A program made the position numbers and the translations under genes. DNA of 63,936 bases, filler included, from Ministeria vibrans ATCC 50519 (lineage: Eukaryota; Protista; Filasterea), in NCBI GenBank assembly GCA_943704425.1. It is 12 parts of 12 records of this genome, joined end to end, with 100 filler letters (N's around TTAATTAATTAA, not from the genome) between each part and the next. Parts side by side here need not be neighbours in the genome. Positions count along the whole stretch, not along the records: positions 56,744 to 62,809 come from CALSCP010000647.1; positions 62,910 to 63,936 come from CALSCP010002134.1; 10 more parts are not named here. One strand, written 5' to 3'. The notes under the pieces were generated by a model. It saw only the letters and a program-made list of their open reading frames with translations, ran no database searches and was not told where the DNA came from. This document shows, piece after piece, positions 56,744 to 63,936 of the stretch. Numbering within the stretch: the first letter of the stretch is position 1; each line of letters begins with the position of its first letter.

Positions 56744-59700
56744 GACATTGATGAGTGTGCCTCCAACCCGTGCCAGAATGGTGGTTCGTGCTGGAACGAG
56801 ATTGCTCAGTTCTCGTGCACGTGCAAGCCTGGCTTCACCGGCAAAATGTGCGGGACGAACATTGACGAGTGTGCCTCGTACCCTTGCCAGAATGCCGGCA
56901 GTTGCGTCGATGAGGTCAATACTTATTGGTGCATGTGCAAGCCTGGTTTCACCGGTGCGAGCTGCGAGACCAACATTGACGATTGCGCTTCATCTCCTTG
57001 TCACAACTCCGGCACTTGCAGTGACGGTGTCAACAGTTTTGTCTGCATGTGCTCTTGCGGCCTCACCGGTACACTGTGTCAGACTTCTGTTCTCCAGTGC
57101 GCTTCTAGTCCCTGCCGTGGCGCTGCCACTTGCCTTGAGTCCCTCCCGTGCGGCTTTAAGTGCGTCTGTCCAGCCGGCTATACTGGCACATACTGCCAGA
57201 CCAACACCAACGAGTGTGCTTCTAGTCCCTGTCAGAATGACGGCTCCTGTTGGGACGAAGTGAATCGTTACTCGTGCACTTGCAAGCCTGGCTTCACTGG
57301 CATCAACTGCGAGACCAACGTAGACGATTGCGCATCAAGCCCATGTCAGAACGGCGGCTCTTGCAATGACGAAATCAACCGACACTGGTGCAAGTGCAAA
57401 CCTGGTTTCACTGGTGTTCACTGTGAGACCAACATTGATGAGTGTGCGTCTCGCCCGTGTCACAATGGCGGTACGTGTGCCGATGGTATTGGAGCGTTCT
57501 CGTGCGTGTGCGTTCCTGGGTACACGGGCAACTCATGCGAGACGGACATTAACGAGTGTGCTTCGAGTCCGTGTGTCAACTCGGGCACTTGCATTGACAA
57601 ACAGAATCGCTTCTTCTGTGTGTGTCAGCACGGCTATTACGGCGAGATGTGCGATGTTATGACCAACGAGTGTGCGTCGAGTCCGTGTCAGAACAGTGCC
57701 ACGTGCATGGACAAGCCTAATGCGTACGAGTGCCACTGTGCACCTGGGTTCACTGGTGCCAGTTGCGAGACCAACATTGACGAGTGCGTCTCGAGTCCGT
57801 GCCTCAATGGAGGGTCGTGCTTCGACGAGACCAGCCGTTATTGGTGCAAGTGTCAGCCTGGGTTCACTGGCGTGCAGTGCGAGACTGACATCAACGAGTG
57901 CGCGTCGAACCCCTGTGCCAACAAGGGCCAGTGCACACCCGTCAAGCACGGCCAAGGGTACACATGCGCATGCGCTCCCGGCTTCACCGGACCCACTTGC
58001 GCTGAGAACATCGACGAGTGTGCTTCCAATCCGTGCCAGAATGGCGCCTCCTGTACCGACGGTCTCAATCGCTACTCGTGCTCGTGCACGTGCGATTTCA
58101 CGGGTCTTCAGTGCCAGTACCCGATTCTGCAGTGTGCCTCAAACCCGTGTCGAAACGGGGGCGAGTGCGCGGAGACGGCCACCTGTGGCTATGCGTGCTC
58201 GTGCAAGCCGGGCTACACCGGCACCCACTGCGAGACCAACGTCAACAAGTGCGCATCAAGTCCATGCCAGCACGGCGCCACCTGCCACAACGAAGCGGGT
58301 ATGTTTCAATGCGACTGCGCGCCCGGCTATGCGGGTGTCCATTGCGAGTCAGACGTCGACGAATGTGCGTCAAGCCCGTGTGGCAGCTACGGCACTTGTG
58401 TCGACGGCGTCAACGTCTATACGTGCCAGTGCAAGGCCGGACTGACGGGTGCTCACTGCGAGACAAACATCAACGAGTGCGCTTCGTACCCCTGCCAGAA
58501 TGGTGGTACTTGTGTCGACAAGCTCAATGACTTTGCCTGTGTGTGTGACTCGGGATATTTTGGCGCCACCTGCGACGTCATGACCAACGAGTGTGCCTCG
58601 TCGCCCTGCAAGTACGGCTCGACCTGTGTTGACCTGCCGTCAGCGTTCAAGTGTGACTGTGCCGCTGGCTACACAGGCGACCACTGTGACGCGGATGTCG
58701 ACGAGTGTGTGTCGGACCCGTGCCTCAACGGCGGTTCTTGCTCCAACAAGGCCGGTGCGTTTTCCTGCCAGTGCCCCACCGGCTACACTGGCGTCACTTG
58801 CCAGACTGACGTCAACGAGTGTACCTCAAGCCCGTGCCAGAATGGTGGTCTCTGCTACACGCAGCCCTCGTCGCCTGGCTACGTCTGCGTCTGTCCAACC
58901 AGTCACACTGGCTACGACTGCGCTGACGACGTCCAGTCGAGTCCGTGTGCCTCTTCACCTTGCCTCAACCGCGGCACTTGTGTTGAGCCCGACCAGAGCA
59001 CGTTTGCTTGTCTGTGTCCCGCCGACTTCACTGGTATCAACTGTGACTCGCCATCTGTGTCGTCCTTCAGCGGCTCGTCTGGCTCGGGTACCAGTCTGTC
59101 GACTATCATTCCAATTGTGGTGGCCATTGCACTGCTGCTGCTCATTGTCGCTATTGTGGCGGTTCGTCGTCGCAACCGAGGTCGCACTATGGTGGTTGAG
59201 TCCCTGCAGGCCAGCCAAACGCCATCGCGCGAAAAGCTCGTGGTGGGTGTGCCGCGCTCGGGCTCCATCTCTTCGGTGTGCTCAACCACCAACCTCAACA
59301 CACACTCGTCTGCGGCGCACTCGCTCAACTCGTCGCGTCGTGGCTCGGACGCCAGTGCTGACGAGCTTCAAATGGTGCGCGGACGCAACGGTTCGTGGAT
59401 GGGTGAGGAGACACTGGGTGCAGTAGACATCTCGACCGACCCGCACACAGGTTCGGCCACGCGTCGCTGGGCGTCGCGCAAGGTCAGCGGTGACTTTGAT
59501 GCGTCATTTGCCTCGGCCATGGCCACGCAGCTGCGTCGCCCTGACTCGTCGCAAGACCACTCGCGTCCGTCGTCGCGTGGTGGTGCCTCTGTCCGCTCTG
59601 CCTTTGGCGAATCTATGTTTGAGCGCGACGTGAGCTACGCCACGCGCAAGCAACACATCGCCACGCCCGAGGAAGGCGCGCGCTCTCGTCCGGCACTTAT

Positions 59701-59767
59701 GTCGGTCCTCGACAACTTTGGTCAGGACTCGGGCAGTGGCTATGAGAACGACACTTCGTATATTTAA
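56744..59767 (+). CDS. Notch/fibropellin-like multi-EGF transmembrane protein (>=20 EGF, TM, ~200-aa tail without ankyrin repeats), 5' truncated
   Basis: Tandem (D/N)(I/V)(D/N)EC-type Ca-binding EGF repeats from the contig start, TM IIPIVVAIALLLLIVAIVAV followed by RRRNR, and a tail ending GYENDTSYI*. Confidence 0.93.
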   Translation, partial: DIDECASNPCQNGGSCWNEIAQFSCTCKPGFTGKMCGTNIDECASYPCQNAGSCVDEVNTYWCMCKPGFTGASCETNIDDCASSPCHNSGTCSDGVNSFVCMCSCGLTGTLCQTSVLQCASSPCRGAATCLESLPCGFKCVCPAGYTGTYCQTNTNECASSPCQNDGSCWDEVNRYSCTCKPGFTGINCETNVDDCASSPCQNGGSCNDEINRHWCKCKPGFTGVHCETNIDECASRPCHNGGTCADGIGAFSCVCVPGYTGNSCETDINECASSPCVNSGTCIDKQNRFFCVCQHGYYGEMCDVMTNECASSPCQNSATCMDKPNAYECHCAPGFTGASCETNIDECVSSPCLNGGSCFDETSRYWCKCQPGFTGVQCETDINECASNPCANKGQCTPVKHGQGYTCACAPGFTGPTCAENIDECASNPCQNGASCTDGLNRYSCSCTCDFTGLQCQYPILQCASNPCRNGGECAETATCGYACSCKPGYTGTHCETNVNKCASSPCQHGATCHNEAGMFQCDCAPGYAGVHCESDVDECASSPCGSYGTCVDGVNVYTCQCKAGLTGAHCETNINECASYPCQNGGTCVDKLNDFACVCDSGYFGATCDVMTNECASSPCKYGSTCVDLPSAFKCDCAAGYTGDHCDADVDECVSDPCLNGGSCSNKAGAFSCQCPTGYTGVTCQTDVNECTSSPCQNGGLCYTQPSSPGYVCVCPTSHTGYDCADDVQSSPCASSPCLNRGTCVEPDQSTFACLCPADFTGINCDSPSVSSFSGSSGSGTSLSTIIPIVVAIALLLLIVAIVAVRRRNRGRTMVVESLQASQTPSREKLVVGVPRSGSISSVCSTTNLNTHSSAAHSLNSSRRGSDASADELQMVRGRNGSWMGEETLGAVDISTDPHTGSATRRWASRKVSGDFDASFASAMATQLRRPDSSQDHSRPSSRGGASVRSAFGESMFERDVSYATRKQHIATPEEGARSRPALMSVLDNFGQDSGSGYENDTSYI

Positions 59768-59784
59768 GCACAGTTTTATACTTG

Positions 59785-59821
<37 letters not shown>

Positions 59822-59991
59822 AGTGATAGAGAGAGAGAGAAACAAAGTGATAGAGAGAGAGAGAGATGAGAGAGAAGAGTGTGTGTGATGCAATAATACT
59901 ATTTTCAATAAACAAAAAAAAAAATTCTTCCGACTTGTACAATACCAAAAGCGACATGAAAAAAAAAGGTTTATAGGTTGTGTTCAATATG

Positions 59992-62809
59992 TTACACGTT
60001 CTTTGAGCGACGCGTGGCCTTGAGCATGCGACGGCCTGAGGGCGCAGGAGCGGCGCCGAGGCTGAAGGCAGCACCAGCGGCTGGGGGCGCACCGGCGCCT
60101 GCGCCGAAGGGAGAAGAAGAGGCGGAGGAGGCAGCGGCAGACGACGAGCCAAAGCTAAATGACTGTGAGAGTGGACGGGTCAGTGGGTTGGGTGACGAGA
60201 GCGGGTGAGGTACCTGGGTGTTTGCGGGTTGGGCGCCGAAGGAGAAGCCTCCGGTGGCAGGTGCGGGTGTGTTGTTGTTGGATGCACCGCTGTTGTTCGT
60301 GGCGCCGAACGTGAAAGGGGCGGGGGCGGCTGAGGCACTCGCTGCTCCCTGACCAAAGCCGAAGGCGGGCATTGGTGCGGCGGACGACTGGCCAAAACTG
60401 AAGGTAGGACCAGAGGCTGATGCTGCGGCAGCGGCGGTGGGTGTGGGGGTGGTTGGTGCGCCGGAGCCGAAGGAGAAGGCGGTTTTGGTGTTGGGAGTGG
60501 AGGCGGCTGCAGCGGAAGCACCAAAAGAGAAGCCGGGGGTGGTGGCGGAGGAGGGGGCAGTGGTGGTGGTGGCGGCTGCCTGCTGCATAAACTTGGGAAT
60601 GACAAGGCCTGATGAGGAAGAGGAAGGGGTGAGGGTCGCAGGGGGAGCAGCGGTGGAGGTGGGATTGTTGCCGAAGACTATGGGGGAGGCGGAGGAAGAT
60701 GGAGTGGCGGAGGGGTTCTTGCCAAAGGAGAAGCCGGCGGAGGGAGCAGTGGTATTGGCGGTGGCTGTAGGGGAGTTGAAGGTAAAGGCGGGTTTGGCGG
60801 GCGAAGAGGAGGCGCCGGCGCCAAAGGCGAATGGTTTGGGCTTGTCTGTCTCGGAAGAAGGGACGGGTGCAGACGACGACGACGACGATGCACCGAAGCT
60901 GAACTTGGAAGGCGCTTGGGTGGCAGGAAACTTGAAGGGAGCACTGGCCGAAGAAGAGTCGGCCGAGGGCGCGCCAAACTTGATGGCAGGAGCAGCAGCA
61001 GAAGTAGAAGTAGTAGTAGTCGGAAGAGGAGAAGAAGACGAAGAAGAAGACGAAGGGGGTTGGGCAGGGGAGGCGCCAAAGACAAAGGGTTTGGTGGAGG
61101 GGGTCGCAGTAGAATCGGCAGGTTTAGATGCGCCAAATGAGAAAGAGGGAGTTGCGGTGGGAGCAGCGGCAGAGGATCCAAAGGTAAAGGCAGGCTTCTT
61201 GGCTGGCTTCTCCTCCTCCTTGGCTGTCGTTGGCTGCGGCTTGCCAAAGGCAAATGACGCTGGTTTGGCCGGCGCGTCTTTCTTGTCTGCACCAAAGGCA
61301 AACGCAGCGGATGTGGGTGCCGAAGTGGGTTCGGCAGGCTGTGGCGCATTGGTGGTGTTGGGCTGCTTGCCAAAGACAAAGGCGGCTTTGGCAGGCTCTG
61401 CCGCTGTTCCGCCAGTGGACGACTCTCCGCTCTGCGGTGGCTGCTGCTTGCCAAACGCAAAGACGGACTTGCTGGACTTCTCCGTCTGTGACTCTTCGGG
61501 TTTCTTTCCAAACGCAAATAAGGCCTTCTTCGGCTCTGTGACCGGCTCTGACTTGTTGTCGTCGGGTTGTTTGCCAAACTTGAAAGCAGTGGAGGGAGAC
61601 GCACCCCCACCACCACCACCACCATCACCACCACCAGCGGCAGCAGCAGCAGTGCCAAACTGGAAGGAGGGTTTGAAAGCAGGCTTGGAGTCAGCGGAGG
61701 ATAGAGGGGTCGCAGTGGCAGTGGCGGTGGCAACGCCAGCAGGGGCAGGGGTGTCGCAAGCGGGGCACTTGACCTGTGACTGCTTGTTGAGGCACGAGCA
61801 GCTGGGGCAGCGCCACTCGTCAGTCTTAGGCTTGAACTTGTCCATGAACGACGATGGCGCAGTAGCACTGGTAGCAGTCGTAGCCGTAGTCGTAGTGGTG
61901 GTAGCAGTGGGGTTGGGGGACTCGCATGAGACGCACTTGGTCTTGTCGGTGGGGTTGAGCAATGAGCAAACAGAGCAACGCCATTCGTCGGACTTGGGCT
62001 TGAACTTGTCCATGAGGGACGATGGTGCTGCCGTCTTGGGGAGGACAGTGGCCGGAGCGGGACTATCACAGGCAGAGCACTTGGACAGACCCGACTTGTT
62101 GGTGAGCGAGCACACACTGCAGCGCCACTCATCTGCCTTGGGCTTAAACTTGTCCATGAGCGACGATGACGCACCAGAGGCTAACGTGGCAGTCGCAGAG
62201 GCAGAGGCAGTAGATTTGGGTTTGGGGGACTCGCATGAGACGCACTTGGTCTTGTCAGTGGAGTTGAGCACTGAGCAGACTGAGCAGCGCCACTCGTCAG
62301 CCTTTGGTTTGAATTTATCCATAAAGGAGGATATGCCAGGCAGAGAAGCAGAGGGAGCCGGCGCAGCAGCAGCAGTGGAAGTAGTAGCGGTAGTAGCGGT
62401 AGTAGCGGTAGTAGTAGCAGGGGCAGTGGGTTTGGGGGATTCGCACGAGACGCATGTGTCTTTGTCGGAGGGGCTGAGAAGAGAGCAGACGGAACAGCGC
62501 CACTCGTCGGACTTGGGCTTGAACTTGTCAAGGGGGTTGGTGAGAGAGGAAGATGGTGGGGTTTGTGATGGTGGTGGGGTGATCTTCTTGGGATTGAGCA
62601 TTGAAGGGGGGGCCTGGGGTGTGGCGCCTCGAGGGTTGTCGCAAGCACGACAGTTAGCGACGGACGAGGAGTTTTTAAGCTGGCAGAAGAAACATGACCA
62701 GGCGGAGGAGTCGAGGGACTTGGTGGAGAAGGAGGCGTGTTTGGGAGGGGAGGAAAGGGAGGGGGGAGGGGCGGAGGGGAGGGCGCGGGAGAAGGAGAAG
62801 GCGGAAGGG
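59992..62809 (-). CDS. NUP153: Nup153-like nuclear basket nucleoporin (6 RanBP2 zinc fingers + FxFG repeats), 5' truncated
   Basis: Six W-x-C-x2-C-x10-C-x2-C fingers, five preceded by DKFKPK. Many FxFG motifs and a basic C-terminus GRRMLKATRRSKNV*. Probable in-frame 51-nt intron at 60213-60163. Confidence 0.85.
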
Positions 62810-63301
62810 NNNNNNNNNNNNNNNNNNNNNNNNNNNNNNNNNNNNNNNNNNNNTTAATTAATTAANNNNNNNNNNNNNNNNNNNNNNNNNNNNNNNNNNN
62901 NNNNNNNNNACTTACCGCTCTACGAGCTGTCGGGCGGTCCATTGCAGAAACTCATTGTGGCGTCACTGGTGCCACACAAGAAGGATTTTTCAAAGGCGAT
63001 GAGTCTCAGCGCTCGCAAGTCACAAGGGCGCACTGACGTGCCAGCGGTGGCGAGTGAGCCCCTTACTCCCTCCTCACCCTCTCTCACTCGGTGGCGTGTC
63101 TCTCGCTGGACAGACAAGGGTGACGGCGCTGAGTCTAGCGGACGCTCGACTGTTCTTGAGCCATTGAGTGATAAACGAGTCGAGTGGGGAAGCAGAAAGA
63201 CTGAGTGACGGGTGACTACTGACTTGTTGTGGACTTGTTGATTCGACGGATCGAAACTTAGTCAACTAATCAAATACTCAAATTCATTCTACATTACCAC
63301 T

Positions 63302-63850
63302 ATGCTGCGCACCGCCATCACACACGCCACTCGATGCATGTCGACGTCAGCAGGACCAATTTCGAGCGTGACCGTTCTGGGCGCTGGGTAAGGGACGGGC
63401 GAACTCACGTGAAAGATGATCAAACCGTTTCATCCCGAATGCAGTACCATGGGGGCGGGTATCGCCCAAGTGAGCGCCGTGGCAGGACACAAGGTTGGTT
63501 GATGGATGGGGAGGGAGCGTGCGTACCCGCACAGGCGCGTCGGATGTGTTCTCCTTGACATTTCAAATTTTTTTTTTTACAACTTTTGTTCAGGTGATTC
63601 TTGTTGATGTGAACGACGGAGCGCTGCAGAAAGGTAGTGGGTGTGTTTGGAGGGAAGGGGGATCGCGAGCAAGCGTAACACGATCCTGGCAGGCATGGAC
63701 GCGATGAAGAACAGCCTGACGCGTATGACCAAGAAGAAGTTTGCGTCTGACCCAGAGGCGGGCACTCGCTTTGTGGACAAGGCCATGGCCAATGTGAGCA
63801 CTTCGACGGCACTGACCGACGCCGTGGCGGACACCGACCTTGTTATTGAG
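63302..63850 (+). CDS. HADH: Mitochondrial short-chain 3-hydroxyacyl-CoA dehydrogenase, 5' part
   Basis: Transit peptide, then spliced VTVLGAGTMGAGIAQVSAVAGHKVILVDV and SLTRMTKKKF...AVADTDLVIE. Confidence 0.92.
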
Positions 63851-63852
63851 GT

Positions 63853-63936
<84 letters not shown>

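Noticed and set aside
42395-59767. Ankyrin gene plus EGF receptor as a split Notch
   Set aside because: They are on separate contigs, the EGF protein has its own stop, and the ankyrin protein shows no Notch-specific features.
60437-62857. 806-aa plus-strand ORF
   Set aside because: Antisense shadow of the low-complexity Nup153 coding sequence; it runs into the N linker.
62910-62943. Possible tiny first exon (MDRPTARRA|GTAAG) on the minus strand, divergent from HADH
   Set aside because: Too short to assign a product, and truncated by the linker.

Overview
This is eukaryotic genomic DNA, not one contiguous locus. Twelve draft contigs are concatenated by artificial 100-nt linkers (N44-TTAATTAATTAA-N44, stop codons in all six frames), so adjacency across linkers carries no information. 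Genes are compact, often head-to-head, and mostly broken by short GT-AG introns rich in (GA)n, (GT)n and (AAT)n. Animal-like signalling genes (myosin V, Nck, MITF/TFE bHLH, Munc13, Notch-like EGF receptor, zinc-finger Nup153) and cilium/centriole genes (LRGUK, CEP72) sit alongside non-animal genes (mL59, bacterial-type 3-hydroxybutyrate dehydrogenase, protist-type GH13 amylase). I infer a flagellated unicellular holozoan (choanoflagellate- or filasterean-like). About 25 genes, many partial, are recognisable by eye. Highlights: (i) a secreted CxxC-repeat protein built from phase-0 exons of one or two repeats each; (ii) a Munc13 with a CaM-site-like helix, an atypical C1, an intact Ca-binding C2B and a MUN region; (iii) a ~4000-aa, almost intronless multi-lectin membrane protein; (iv) a 20-EGF receptor with two 7-Cys EGF pairs; (v) a dispersed motif attached to GA microsatellites; (vi) two probable mis-joins at GA tracts. 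All family calls come from recognising motifs; no searches were run.
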